Origin: the human T2T-CHM13v2.0 reference genome, Homo sapiens
Assembly: GCF_009914755.1 (NCBI RefSeq)
Contig: NC_060935.1
Strand: one strand, 5' to 3'
DNA: 64,000 nt
Below the pieces are notes generated by a model, which did not search any database, was not told the DNA's origin, and saw nothing but the letters and a program-made list of their open reading frames with translations. The translations under genes and the position numbers were made by a program. Shown here piece after piece: positions 24,880 to 39,469 of this stretch (position 1 is the first letter of the stretch; each line of letters starts with the position of its first letter).

Positions 24880-25079
24880 TTCTAGAGTGTACTTACACAA
24901 ACCTAGATGACACATAGCCTACTACACACCTAGGCTGTATGGTATAGCCTATTGCTCCTAGGCTACAAACCTGTACAGCATGTTACTGTACTGAATACTG
25001 TAAGCAACTGTAATACAATGGTAAATATTTCTGCATCTAAACATAGAAAATGTACATAAAAATATGGTAATATAATTTT

Positions 25080-25352
25080 GGCCAGGCACGGTGGCTCATA
25101 CCCATAATCCCAGCACGTTGGGAGGCCAAGGTGGGCAGAACCCTTGTGCCTAGGAGTTCAAGACCAGCCTGGTCAGCATGGCAAAATGCCGTCTCTGCAA
25201 AAAACACAAAAATTAGCCGGGCATGGTGACACACACCTGTAGTCCCAGCTGAGGCGGGAGGATCACCACCTGAACCTTGGAGGTTGAGACTCCAGTGAGC
25301 TGTAGTTGCACCACTGCACCCCAGCCTGGGTGACAAAGTGAAACCTTGTCTC

Positions 25353-25387
<35 letters not shown>
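25080..25387 (+). mobile_element. AluJ with (ATC)11 tail, inserted in Tigger3a
   Basis: GGCCAGGCACGGTGGCTCA..CCTGGGTGACAAAGTGAAACCTTGTCTC; ATC x11 at 25355-25387. Confidence 0.92.
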
Positions 25388-25389
<2 letters not shown>

Positions 25390-25904
25390 CTTATGGAACC
25401 ACTGTTAAGGATGAGGTTCATAATTGACTGAAACATCACTGTACAGCACATGACTGTACTTTAAATCATCTCTGGATTACTTATGATAGCTAATACAATT
25501 TAAATAGTATGTAAATAATTGTAATACTCTGTTTTTAAATTTTCCTATTATTCGTTATTTTGGTATTGTTATTTTTTATTAGTTTAAAAATATTTTTGAT
25601 CTGTGATCGGCTGAATCTGCAGATGTGGAACCTGCAGATACGGAGAGTGACTGTATTAGCATTGACCTGTTTTCCACTCTATCTGAGTTGAAAATGTCTT
25701 CCAGACACCGCTCCCAGGCTGCCTTTCACATGCCCCTGGGAAGCCTGGAGAGGCTCTTCGGTGGACAAGGTTGAGATGGAGATGCTGTGTTCACAGCTAT
25801 CGACAGAAAGGGAAATGAGAGGAGAGTGGTTTCTGTGCCTCCACTGGGCCCAGACTGGAGTCTGAAGTGAGCAGAAAGCCCTGATTCCACTTCAGCTGTC
25901 GAGG

Positions 25905-26140
25905 CAGTGTTGCAAAATGGTTAGAGCCCAGACCCTGGGGCCAGATTGCCTGGGTTGGAATCCTGTGGCTACCACTGACTTTATATGTACTCCTGGGCAA
26001 GTTGCTTAATCTCTCTGTGCCTGAATTTCCTCATCGTAAATTAAGAATAATGATAAGTCAGTGTCATTTAACAATCTAATAAGTTAATATACAAAGCATA
26101 CTTAGTAGCAGGTACATAGTAAGCCCTTTGTGAATGACAG
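25905..26140 (+). mobile_element. MIR
   Basis: TGGTTAGAGCCCAGAC..CCAGATTGCCTGGGTT..GGGCAAGTTGCTTAATCTCTCTGTGCCT. Confidence 0.85.
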
Positions 26141-27381
26141 GCATTCTTATCTACAGCCCGGAACAAAGCCAGAGGCAAAGCTGCTGCTCTTGTTGGTGCT
26201 GTGTATAGAGAATAAAGGCAGTATTTATACTATACCCATGTCCCCTTCTGTCCCACATTCAATGTACTTGGGACACAGACTAAACAGACTTGAACTACCC
26301 TTTCCAGAATCACAGGGGCCTCTTCCCAGGTGCACTTCCAGGTTCATCACTGGTCTGCATGCCCCAAGGCCTGAAGGCTGGCCAAAGAGTGGCTATTGAG
26401 GGGATGGGACAAGTGTAGATGAAGCTTGAACTTATGGCCAGAGAATCTGCCCCTCTGTGCATGTGGCCATCAGTGGTATAGGATGGCGCCCAGGTGTAAA
26501 GAGAAGGAAGCTGGGCAGGAAGCCTCTGTACCTTTGCATCAGGCTTTGTGAATTTTAGGCAAGAGATTGCATAAAGATATAGGGTCTGGCATCCATCTCT
26601 AGTTACCCATCCTCTCTCAGCATGTTTAGCAGATCATAGTCTTGATGCCAAGGCAGGACAATGGCACATGCATGGGCCTCCCTAGTTAACTAGAACGGAT
26701 GGGCAAGGGCTGGGCTTGCACACCTGCTGGCTTGTGTGAACTCATTGTTATTCTGATGGCGAGGACCCTGAACTGGGCTCAGGAACAGGAGCTTCAGCCA
26801 TTCAAGGCCAGCCCTTCCAGACTGTAGGGCCGAGCTCAGCTGCCCCAGCTTTGCTAGACAGACAACCTAGGGATGTGCCAACGACCCTAGGCTCTGAGAT
26901 TCAAGCTGCCAAATCCCCAGCGGCAGCCTATTTGCTTAGATTTTTGGATTGCAAGAAGCAGAAACCCAAACAGCGTTCCTCAAGTAATGCAGGATTTTTG
27001 GTAAGGATGCACATAGGAATAAGAAAATGAGAAGGCCAGCCACAAAGCCCAGCTTCCAGGGCACTCTGGAGAAGCTGAACAAACAAGCTCTGGGAGGAAT
27101 TGGCTCTAGGGTGAACCAGGATTGGGGAGGCTGAGAGCAGAACACATGGCAGTGGCATTAGGGCATTAGTGGCATTAGGGGCACAGTCCTGATGGGTCTG
27201 GGCTCCTCTCCTTGTGTTTTCCTCTCTCCATGTCTGCCCACTTCTCTTCTTTGCTCTCTGCTCTGACTTCTCTCTATCTCATGGTTTCTTCTTGCTCAGA
27301 ACTTTGGCCCACCCATGGCCCCTCATGCTCCCCTCCCCAGCCTCTCTTTACTTCATGACTTTTAGTTCCTCTGTTCACTGC

Positions 27382-27737
27382 TGATATGCTTTGGCTGTGT
27401 CCCAAATCTCATCTTGAATTGTGGCTCTCACCACTCCGATGCATCATGAGAGGGACCTCGTGGGAGATAATTGAAACATGGGGGTTGTTTCCCCATACTC
27501 TTCTTGTGGTAGTGAATAAGTCTCATGAGATCTGGTGATTTTATAAGGAAAAATCCTTTTTGCTTGGCTTTCATTCTCTCTTGCCTGCCACCATGTAAGA
27601 CATGCCTTTTGCCTTCTGCTATGATTGTGAGCCCTCCCCAGCCATGTGGAACTGTGAGTCAATTAAACCTCTTTTTCTTTATAAATTACCCAGTCTCAGT
27701 TAAGTCTTTATCAGCAGTGTGAAAATGGACTAATATA
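27382..27737 (+). mobile_element. THE1C-like solo LTR, probably inside an older MLT1 relic (~26930-27950)
   Basis: TGATATGCTTTGGCTGTGTCCC..GAAAATGGACTAATATA; perfect TSD ACTGC at 27377-27381 and 27738-27742. Confidence 0.92.
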
Positions 27738-28419
27738 ACTGCTAACTGCCCTATTCTTCCCATATTCTTCTAAGTCATTAACCCTGGGGGAAAATTATCA
27801 TGCCAGGCCAACTCCTTGCCCACTTGCCAGACTATAGATTAGATTCTTGGGTCAGATGCCTATCACTCAGCTGTAGTCAGTTGAGGGGAACTTACATGAT
27901 CTAGAGCATGGCTGCTGTGGGCTGTGGGGAGGACAGGTTTTCTGTGACATGGACAACCACTGTTATAAACAATCTGTCTGGAACAGTGAGGACGGGAGCC
28001 TGGGTAAGAGCCCTTCCCAGGGTTCACTCACTTGCTTCCCTGTTCTGCTCTTTCTCCTGCAGACCCTCTCTAGACTCACTGCAAGGGAAAGGAAGCAGGA
28101 GGATCAATGTGGAGGCAGCCGAACAGAACTGCAGATCTACACAAGGTCTGAATCTCTAAACCTGCCTCCTTTCTCCTCTTTTTCTTTCCACTTGCCTCTG
28201 ACTAGAAGGGACTGCGTTTACTTAACTGCTTTTTTTAAACAACAAAATCAACAGTGCTCCAGCAAATATTTGATGAGTAGCTTCTATACTGAAGTCTCAC
28301 TACTCAGCAACGAAATTTCATCTGAAGCCAGTAGAAAACCAGAGATGTGAAATATTTATCACAAATTATGTTTTACTATTTACCCTCATATACATCATCT
28401 TGATTTTATTAACACCATA

Positions 28420-28545
28420 GTAAAGTCACTAGGAAAGCTATTACCATCATACTAATTTTGTGGATAAAGAAACTGAAGTTCAGAGAAGCCCAGTTGACTG
28501 GTTAGGGTCACATAGAGAGCAGGAAGGAGCTCAGTACTACAGCTT
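28420..28545 (-). mobile_element. MIR fragment
   Basis: GATAAAGAAACTGAAGTTCAGAGA..AGGGTCACATAG. Confidence 0.65.
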
Positions 28546-29661
28546 GGGTGGCAGCACCTCCCTCATGGAACTGTAGCATGCTTTGTCCTATGGGATAAAA
28601 GTCACATTATGGCTAGGACATTTCCCTGTGTTGCTTGTATTGTCCCACATGTTGTTTTTGTTGACATTCTTTTTTTTGATCCCAGATCCCTAAGAGGTAT
28701 CATCTCTTCTTTGATAGGTACCATGCCTGAGGTGCTTTCACTCAGTGCTAACCACCCAGTCTGGGCCATCTACTCAGGGAGTTATCTTCCTTCTCGTCCA
28801 CATGCTTCTCGGGCCTGCTCTTCCCTGTCCATGGTCCTGGACTCAGGGTCTGCCACTTTGCCTCTCTGGGGAATGGCCACGGTTTCCTCTCCTTAGAAGG
28901 CACTCCTCATCCTGAGGTCTCTGCTTGCAAGGAGCCCCATTTCTAAACTCCAAGGCTACTAAGCTTGCTTGGCCTCCAACTTCCAAGCAGCAGTGGTGCA
29001 GGATTCTACTTGAATTTTACACCAGGGACTTAGGTAGGAGCCCCCTCCCTACAGGTGGTCAGCTGAATCATGGGATTTTTTTCATCTTCTGAACTAGAAG
29101 GAGAAACTTGTGGGTTCAGAACAAGACAAAAATATGAGCCAAGTTCTACGAGAGAAGATAGGAAAGGTGAAGTCTACAGGAAACTTTAATTGCTTTATAG
29201 GAACAGGAAGAGAATGTAAAGGAGGAAGCTGGCGCTCAGCCTTCCTTGGAGTGAGGAAGGTGGGTGGAGAAGTTCTCTCTTAATCAGAGCCTGGTGGGAA
29301 GCCAGGAAAACTGTGGCTTTAGCTGATTGCTGCTTTAATGGTGACTGGGACAGGGAGAACTGTGCAGCAAAAGTGTGTGAGCTGTGCATGTGTGTGCATG
29401 TGTGTTTACAAGCAAGCAATTGCTGGTGCCTTTGCCTTTCCTGACCAACGGTTGACAGTCCAGGCCTCCAGGTGATAATCAGATTTTCCTTCTACTCCTC
29501 AGGCATCTCCATGGCATTTGTGAGGGTAGGTAAGATAGAGGTGATGTCTCTCTTACGTAACTGTTCAAGGTGGATGTTCCCAGTTGGCAGGATGATCTGC
29601 TTCATACAGTCATCCAGGGTCACAGGTTCCTTCCATCGTGTTTCTGTGGCATCTTCTAAAG

Positions 29662-29722
29662 CAGCAGTTCCCAAACTTGGCTACACATTGACTCCAATAG
29701 CAGCCAAGTTTAAGAACCACTG
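29662..29722. mobile_element. Internally deleted MER5B (terminal inverted repeats only) within an MLT1 relic (~29555-29880)
   Basis: CAGCAGTTCCCAAACTTGGCTACACATT joined to GCAGCCAAGTTTAAGAACCACTG. Confidence 0.75.
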
Positions 29723-29984
29723 TCATGGGGCTTTGCCCTCATCTACATGGTGGAAGTGGAATCACAGGTGCACAGGCCTGGAAATTGCACAAATGGCTTT
29801 CATTGACATTCCACTAGTGAAAAATTTGGTCATGGTGTATAAGCCCTTAATTATAATGCTATGTGGTAAGTGCTAAGATCCTTACTTGAGCCCAAAGGAG
29901 AGGCATCTAAGTCAGCTCTGGGAAGTCAGAGAAGCCTTCTTTGAGGCCATGGTCCTTGGTAGCTCTGGATGACTCTGGGTTGCT

Positions 29985-30160
29985 TGGTTTGTTTACCTGT
30001 TTAATTTCTAGGCTTGGTTTCTTCATTGACAAAACGGAACTAATAACTGAAACTGCCTCAGAGAGTTGTGAGGGGTATGCAAGGTAAGTCTCACAAAGCA
30101 CTTAGCACAATGCCTATCTGTGGTTAGCACTGAATACATGTAAGCTGTTCATTACTCTTA
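29985..30160 (+). mobile_element. MIR
   Basis: CCTCAGAGAGTTGTGAGG..AAAGCACTTAGCACAATGCCT. Confidence 0.7.
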
Positions 30161-30678
30161 TTTTCTGGGCTACGTGAGAACTCTGGATGTTGCAAGGCTT
30201 TATGGGGCTGAGGCACAGCCAAGTCTAGGACTGGATTTTAGTTTCTTCCTTTTGGTTAGTAAATAGGATGAGGCAGCCTGGTATAGCTGCCTGGCAAAAG
30301 CTGCCGCTGCTGCTGGTCATTGTGGTGGTAGTGTTGGTGCTGTGTGTGTGTGCATGTGTGTTTGTGTGTGTGTGTGTGTTGGGCTGCAGGCAGGAATATG
30401 GATAGCAGAACTCTGCCTTTTAGGAAGGAAGGGAACACAGTGATGCCTCCTTTGCCCAGAATCTGACAGTACAGATTGTCTGGTTGAGCTTGCCTGAGGC
30501 CTCCTTGCCTGCTTGGCTCTGAGGGTAGCATGAACCCTCAAGGCAGGCAGGAGCAGGAGGGCATCTTGAGCTTGGGCTGCCCTGATGTCTGCAGTAGGCG
30601 TAGCTGGAGTCGGCTGACATCTGTCAGCTCTGGCTTCATTTTCAATAGGACTCAGTGCTGAACTTCCACTAAATCCTT

Positions 30679-30680
<2 letters not shown>

Positions 30681-30754
<74 letters not shown>
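30681..30754. repeat. Compound microsatellite (TC)15(AC)22
   Basis: Direct count. Confidence 0.97.
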
Positions 30755-30757
<3 letters not shown>

Positions 30758-31849
30758 ATGTCCCAGACAAATGTGCTTCTGTGTTTTCTGTACTATGACT
30801 GTGCTGTTCTCTGGAACGTGTCTCTCTCCCTGCAGAGCAGCTGGGTCCAGCAGTTCCCTTCCATTCCCAGCACTTTCTCAGTTTTAGGATTTCTCTCCCT
30901 TTCTCTACTCTCTTCATCTATCAAGATCACACATGAAGAGGAAGGCTTGGGTAAATCGGGGCAGAGTCCAGGGATCCATATGCATTCACTGTGCTTTAAG
31001 GGTCGAAATAGTAACTTCTAGGACCCTCTAGCACCTGAGACATGGGCACATAGGAGACCCATCCTGCTGAGTAGCTAAAAATGTCTATTGGAGGCTCTAC
31101 AGGTATCAATTCCAGGAGAAGCAAATAAAGAATGGGGTGTGCCTCAGGTCATATCTAAGCCACTTTACTGTTCCCCAGGTCCAGACAGACCTGGCTTAGT
31201 TTTTACTTTATTTTATTTTATTTTATTTTTGTCCAGAAAGATTTTTAGAGGCAGTGAGAGGGTCTAGCTTTCCCAGACTCTGCTATTGCCTCTGACAGAT
31301 AAGAAGATGGCTTCTCTCCTCTCTCTCCTCTTCCTCCTCCCCAATCAAAGTGCCTCCATAACTGCAATTGTCATCACACTGGTAACAGCTATGGATGCAT
31401 TAGTGGCTCTTCTCTCAGTCAAAACACCTTATTCCCAGCTCTCTCCCTCTCCCAAACACCTGCCTGTCAACCCATTTCAGATGGTTGTCTTCAAAGACTC
31501 ACAAACCCAAAGAAAAAATTGGGGGGGGGGTGGGGTGAGGAGAGAGATACTTTATCTATGTCTGTCACAGCACTCTCCAAACTAAAGAAAGAAATATAAA
31601 TCATGTTTCCTCTCCATTTGTGGTCACAGCAGCCAGCTCTGCAAGGAGGGAAAGCAAAGGAGAGGGGAAGAAAGTGCCAGGCTAGATCAGGCCAGGGGCC
31701 ACCTGTGCACCAGCTGTGGGCTCCTCATTTATTTATTTATCATCAGAAATCCTGCCCAGATTTCCCTGCCAAGGGATCACATCTCCCTTGCAAAATGACC
31801 CTTGTTAGGCATTTTTGTTCTGTGGGGAAGGAGATGTGTATAAAGGGGT

Positions 31850-33230
31850 AAGCAAGAAAGACACAGTACCTGCCCTTGTAGAGCTCAGAGTCTGATGTGG
31901 GAGGCCAGGACCTAACAGTGAAATGTGGCTGTTCCACGGTGTGATGGCATCAGGCGGGGGAGCTACCTACACCAGGGAAAGCATCAGAGGAGTTTCCCCA
32001 AAGGAAGTGGCAATCAAGGTGAGGTTCAAGGCTGAAGCCAGGAGGAGGCCGCCAGGCAGAAGTGCACATTTGAAAGACTACAAATGCATCAGAGCATGGT
32101 TGGTGGGCAGCTTGGAGGTGGTAGAACAATGCGGGATTGTTGGAGCAACCTAGGCAACAGACAATGGACAAGGGGAATACCAATGGAACTTAAGAGACTG
32201 CGGGGAGGGAGCCAGCCCTTGGGCAGCGGAATTAGTAGGACTTGGTGGGTGATTGGATGCAAGGGGCAAGAGAGGGATGCCCAGATTAATGGCTCAGACA
32301 ACTTTGTAGATGAAAGTGTCATTTTTGAGTCACAGGATACAGTGTAGGGGCAGAATTGCACATGGGGATAGTTGGAGGTCACAGGTGATGCCTTCAGCTT
32401 GGGCCACTGAGTTGCCTGTGCCAACCTAGTGCAGTTGGTCAGTGGACGATTAGATGAATGAAACCCAAGACCACCTGGTTGTTTCAGGAGGCAAACCTGG
32501 AGTCAGTTCATGTGTATCAGGGAGTTGGTAATGCTTACCTAGATCTCTCCTTGACCCTGCTGTCCCTCACCTCCCATGTCAGGGCCAGGTATCTCTCCTA
32601 GTGTCCTACAGATTCTTCCTCCCTTTCTACAGAACCACATCTCAGGTGGCTGGAAGGCTGGAAGTTTGGGTTTAGTGGTCTGTTTCCTTACTAGATTGTA
32701 AACTCCATAAAGGTAAAGACTATGTCTGTCTTGTTCGCTGTTGTATCCTCAGCACCTGTTACACGATAAAGTTTTTACTAATGATTTCTTAGTGAACAAA
32801 TGTGTGAATGAATGAATGAATGATACCTTGTCAATGGGGTGTGCCTCTCAGAGGGTCAGAAATTATGCCAAAGCTACCATGACTCCGGCTCTCACCTGCA
32901 CTACACCAAGAGTGTCCTGATCAGTGCCTGCGCCTCCACTCTTGCTCATAGTCAACCTGTTTTCCTTACAGGCATCAGAGATCTTGTAAAATATGAATGG
33001 GATCATGTGACTCCCCTACTCAAAACCCTCCAAGGCTTTTCACAAGCCTAAGGAAAAAGGCAGAAGGACTTAACAAAGCCTATCAAGATCTGCAGGCCTC
33101 AGCCCCTCACCCCTCCATCCTCTGGAAATGTCACTCCTCCTGCTCTCAGGTTGCTCCCACGACACTGATGTCTTTCCCATCTCTGAGCACTTGTGTGCAA
33201 ATGTGTGCAATTATGTGTGAATTTACATAC

Positions 33231-33277
<47 letters not shown>

Positions 33278-33920
33278 CGCACATGTGCCTGGAAATCATC
33301 TTCCATCTTTTTGCCAGGTTCAGCTTTCAGTCTTGGCTGGCCCCCCATTCTAAAGTAAACACCAGCACCCGCTCTCTTTCCTCTCTCCTAGTGCTCTTCA
33401 CTTTTCCTGCACAAGCCATCAGACAGATGAACATAGCATGTGTCTGCTTATTTGTTTAAAGCCTGTCCTCTCCTGAATTGTGAGCTCCACGTCTACCTGA
33501 TGTCTATTACAGTATCCAGCACACACTCAGTGTTCACAAAGTATTTGAAGAATGAATGAATGAACATGTCAGTTCAGGTGTAGGGAGGGAAAAAGGCCAT
33601 GTCAGTCCAGTTGTGTTAGGAGACAGAGGCCCTACCAGTTCGGGTATATTAAGGAGACAAAGACTTTTCAGTCATGCAGTCATCCCTTAATGCACTTAAA
33701 CATTTATCAAGCGGCTACTATGTGCTAGGGGCTGTGCTAGACTATGGTGACTTAACCATAGACAAGACAGACAAGGTTGCTGACTCTTTGAAGTTTGCAT
33801 TCTAATATCAAGAGAGGGGATACAGACAATACACAAACAGACAAATCAAATTGTTAACTGCTTGGGTTAACACACAGGAAGAAAATAACCAGGATGCTGT
33901 GTGGAAGGATATCAGTGCAC
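31850..33920. mobile_element. Cluster of L2 fragments in both orientations (-31850-32470, +32690-32822, +32880-33565, -33670-33920)
   Basis: L2 3' ends TGAATGAATGAA; CTAGATTGTAAACTCC; GATCATGTGACTCCCCTACTCAAAACCCTCCA; CATTTATCAAGCGGCTACTATGTGCTAGG. Confidence 0.75.
33233..33272. repeat. (GT)20 microsatellite
   Basis: Direct count. Confidence 0.97.
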
Positions 33921-35076
33921 AAGTGTCAGGGAGTTGGAGGTCTTGCTGGTTGAGATGTTTTGGGGCCTATGCAAAAAGCACAGACACCTTGGGGACAACT
34001 GAGTCCCTCTCTTGCTCTTGGCTGACAGGCCTCTCCTGTAGGGCAGACTGTGGGCAGAAGGTGGAGCAGCCATGGGTTGCAGAGCCTGTGGGCTTCTTCT
34101 TTCCCTGAATTGACTATGAGGAGCGGAGGATGAGGCTGGGGGTAAATTGTAAGAGAAGGTGGCAAGCTCACACCTCAGTTCCTTTACTGTTTCCTTCATT
34201 TTCACTCTGCTCTTGACATTTTAAGAATAAACACTTTTAGTTTCCCATAAAGGCGAAATGCTTTTCAAATCAGAGGCAGGCATTCTGTGAAGCTTGAGGA
34301 AAGGACCAGAAGTGACAGATGAATGGGTCTGCTAAGCATCGTGCCCCTGCCCTTGTCCCCACTTTCCTGCACACTTGGCGCTCCCCTGCCCCCACTCCCA
34401 GGACAGCTGCCCTGCAGAGGCTTCTGTGCCACCTCCTTCAGTGTAGAGGAGCAGGCAGGAGACATGCCCAGGGCGGCAGGATGGCGTGAGAAGAGAGCCG
34501 CACACTGGGCTGCAAGAACAGGCAGCCATCTCGAAGGCCAATGCTGCCTGCTCTGGAGATGGAGGGAGGCCGCACAGCATGGGGGAATCGCTGGGTCAGA
34601 TCTCAAAGTGCTTACCTTTTCTGGGCCTCGGTTTCCTTCTTGGCAAACAGGGCTGATGACACAAATAGCAAATGTTTGCTGATTCCTTCTAGATGCTGGG
34701 GCCACTCTAAGGACTTTGCATGAGTGATCACAGTTTGTCCTCACAGCATCCCTGGGAGATGGGGACCAGGCCTCCCCATATGGCTGGTGAGGGGATCCAG
34801 CGTCACACAGTTTGAAGCATGTGCCCCGGGTCCCTTGGTTGGTAGGTGGAGGAGCAGTTTGACCCCAGAGCCTACACTCTTAACAAGGAACACCTCCCTT
34901 AGTTGGTGTTTGTGAAGGAGAATGGAAGTGAGATATTGCAAGGAAAAAGTCTGCTCAACAAAGGTCACCACCTTGTATCACCTCTAGTCAAAAGCATTTC
35001 CCCCTTTGCCCTCCAGTGCTGCTCACATTTTCTTCATTACAGGCACTTTCCTTGAGTTTGGCCATTGCTGGTTTTA

Positions 35077-36330
<1,254 letters not shown>

Positions 36331-36889
36331 CTGGAAGTAAGTGTGTGACTTTTCACCTTTTCTTCCTTGAAATCTTGCAAAATACGTAACTGAGACAGGG
36401 GGAGACAGGGGGAGCCATGGGTGAATAAGCGTCACCCACCAAGTTCTTGCTCGTTATTGCAAAGGGTGAAAATGAAGAGTGTGTGCTTCATAGGAGACTG
36501 ATGCTTCCCAGCTAGCTTTTTACACATCTCCAACCTTCCAATTCTAACTTACATGGAACCTTGTCATGAATTCGCTACCTGGATGAAATATGCTTCCTTC
36601 AGCATTTCTTCCTGGTGCTCTTGATGCTCTCTGCTTGCACACAGGAGTTGAGAAAGGGAAAGGTGGGGTTTTAAATTAAAGCTCATTATTCCCCTCAACC
36701 CATGAACTTAGAATATGCCAACATGCCATTTCTTATCATTAACAGAAATGTGGTGAGACAAGGAAAGTTGGGAACATGTGCAGATTTACAGTGACTTGAA
36801 ATTAAGGTGGCTTCATGGACACTGACTAGGGCAGGTACTTGGAGTGGTTCTGCAATCTGCATTTCATGCTCCTATTTGGAGAGCATGGA

Positions 36890-37415
36890 AAGCTAACTAT
36901 ATGTTCGGTGCTCCCTTGCATGTAGCATTGGGGTTACAATTAATCTCTGCTACTTGACACACCTGTGAGAGATTTAGGAAGGGTAAGTGAGACAGAAACG
37001 TCCTTCCCGAGCCCTCTACTGGCTTCCCCTGGTCAGGAAGGTTGGAATTTTCCTGCAACACGTTCCAGTGTTTATCCTCCAGCTTTCTGTGTGACAAGGA
37101 ACAGTCACAACATTGGCAACTTTTTGATGTCACTCTCTAATTCCTGGACCATGGTTTTAGGTCTAATCTCCAGTTTCCTGGTGTGCAGGGGCTGGTCAGC
37201 AGTGATGAGCATGGCTCCAAGGGTGGATCAGAGGAGCACCCTGTGGATGATGAGACCTCTACTGCTCTAGAAATCATTCCCAGGGCCGCAGCTAGAACCT
37301 GCACTTGCAGCCTTTCTAGTAATTTTGTGAGTACCTAGTTCCTTGCAAAAAATCATTTTGTGCTTAAAATACCTTGAAAGGTTTCTCTTCCCTGCACTAA
37401 ATCCTGCCTGGTATA
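36890..37415 (+). mobile_element. LTR33-like ERVL LTR
   Basis: AATTTTGTGAGTACCTAGTTCC..GCTTAAAATACCT..GGTTTCTCTTCCCTGCACT 3' end. Confidence 0.65.
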
Positions 37416-39469
37416 TTGATATTTTGCATCATCTCTTTTCTTGATGTTCACAAGGTTTTTTTATCTTTGTGCAAATTATGTGTGATAGAAAGATTTGGAA
37501 CAGGTGAGGGGAATGCTTTTCTTTTTTAAAATGGGAGTAAGATGATTATGAAAGGGGTAGTGGGAAGTTAGGAACAGCTCAATGGAAACCTGCTGCATGG
37601 CAGGTCAGTTCTAGGAAAAAGTGTGTCAGATGTGGAAATTGATTCCCTTCAATGGGCAGCCATGCCCTCTATCTCTTTGGAAAGTCTTCATGTATCTCTA
37701 GATGTACCCTAGCTTGGAGACTTGATGTTCTTTTAAAAAAATTGCAGAAACTCTTACAGGAAAACCAAGACACTCAGCTGTCAGTCAATAACCCTTCAGT
37801 GTGTATTGGTGGATTACTGCAGTTTCAGAGGAACAAATGGCTTTGATTTTGATTTGGGGGGTTGGAGGGGAGCAAGGAATAAGGGTAGAGTTTGATGTAT
37901 GCAGAGGGAGGCTAGGTAAGCCCTAGAGCAACTAGTGGGAGGAAGGGAGCTTTTATTAGAACTATATTTGACTAATCAGTGTACCACAATATTTAATGTC
38001 CATCTGGTGCCTGGGACATACTAGTGCTCAGTCGGTATTTGTTCATTGAATGCATGAATGTTTCCAAAGATTGGAGGAGGCATTAAATAATGAGAGGCCA
38101 ACACTGCCCATTTCAAAACCACCTTTAGAAGACACTTAGTGAGTGACAGCCCACAGTAGTGGAAATAAAGGCTTTGGGGCCCTAAGGTCTAGCCCCAGCC
38201 TAGCTTACAAGCAGTGCAGCACTGAGGAGTTACTTAACCTCACAAAAGTTCTTTCCTTTCAATACAGAAAAAAGAGAATGCTAAGGTATTTGAATTATGG
38301 AATTGATGTGAAGAGTAAATGAAACAATGTAGGTGGAAGAAATACTTAGTACATTTGGAGGCACAATATATATACAGTGATATAATTTTGTTCAAAAATG
38401 TGAATCTTAGTGTGTGCATTTTATTTTTAAAATGTATATGTTATTCAAAGATAGTAGAATATGTTGATGTGTAACTGTTCAAATAGATTTTATTTTTATA
38501 GGAAGAGCAACATTGAGGTAGAACAAGCACAGGTGGGCTAAAGCAAGAGCAAGGAGGATTGAGGTTAGACAGCAAACAAATTCTTGGCAGGGATATTATA
38601 AAGCCTGGGGCAGGTGGCAGAGAGGCCTGCTGGCTTTACTCCTAGGGGCCAGGGGTCCTGTCATGGTGCCAGGAATTGAACTGCTCAGCGGACTCCTTAG
38701 TGTTCATCTACCCTCAGGCTTCTTGCATGAGAGGTTTGGCTATTTCTCTGCTAGGGGCTGGAGCCAGTTTCCTGGTTCTGAATTTTCTCTTCCATTGTGT
38801 CTGTCATTCTAACACGTTGCACCCACTTGCTCCATGACAATCAGTATAAACTATTTAATGTTTGATGCAGGGCGGACACCCAAGCTCTTGGCTCTCTGGA
38901 GCCACTTATAAATGCTTGATGGTTTTCCAAATTTATGTCATTTTTGGGTTGCTTTCTCTGTTTCGTCCAGATAAGCCACCTAGGCTCTGTCTGGCCAGTG
39001 TTTGGACAGTGGAGGCAGGGTGGCTGCTCCTAAATTCTGCACATCCCTTGGCCCACCCAGTGAAAGAGAGACAGACGGACAGATGGAGAGGCAGGCATAC
39101 GGGTACATAGGTGTCTGTCATTTCTACTTATCTGCATCCTTAAAGAGCAACTGAGAGCAATGTTAAAATTAGATTCTACTAAAGGCAGTTGGAGTTGAGG
39201 AAATTAGTTGAATGCTTCCTCGGTAATTGTCGGTGAGGATGTGAAGGGTGTGCTGTACCTGAGAAAAGCTGATAATAAACAACATGGCAAGCCAGAAATA
39301 AACACCCAGCCCTGTGTTTTCTTCTTTCTCTCAGAGGCTCCTTTGCAAGCCTGTGTTTGTCTTTTTTCCTGCTTCATTTCATTTTTTCCTGAGGACAGTA
39401 GCAAAGATGACCACTGATATCCACTAACCCATGACAGAAGGGAGTCCTTGGCTAGGAACAGATTCTATT

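Larger units (their letters stand above)
24278..25456. mobile_element. Tigger3a (MER7) inserted in MER2
   Basis: CTTAACAATGGGGATA..TGAGAA; TAGAGTGTACTTACACAAACCTAGATG; CACATGACTG|TA. Confidence 0.88.
24149..25653 (+). mobile_element. MER2 (TcMar-Tigger), split by nested insertions
   Basis: TA|CAGTTGTCCCTTGGTATCCATGGGGGATTGGTTC ... CAGATACGGAGAGTGACTG|TA. Confidence 0.88.
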
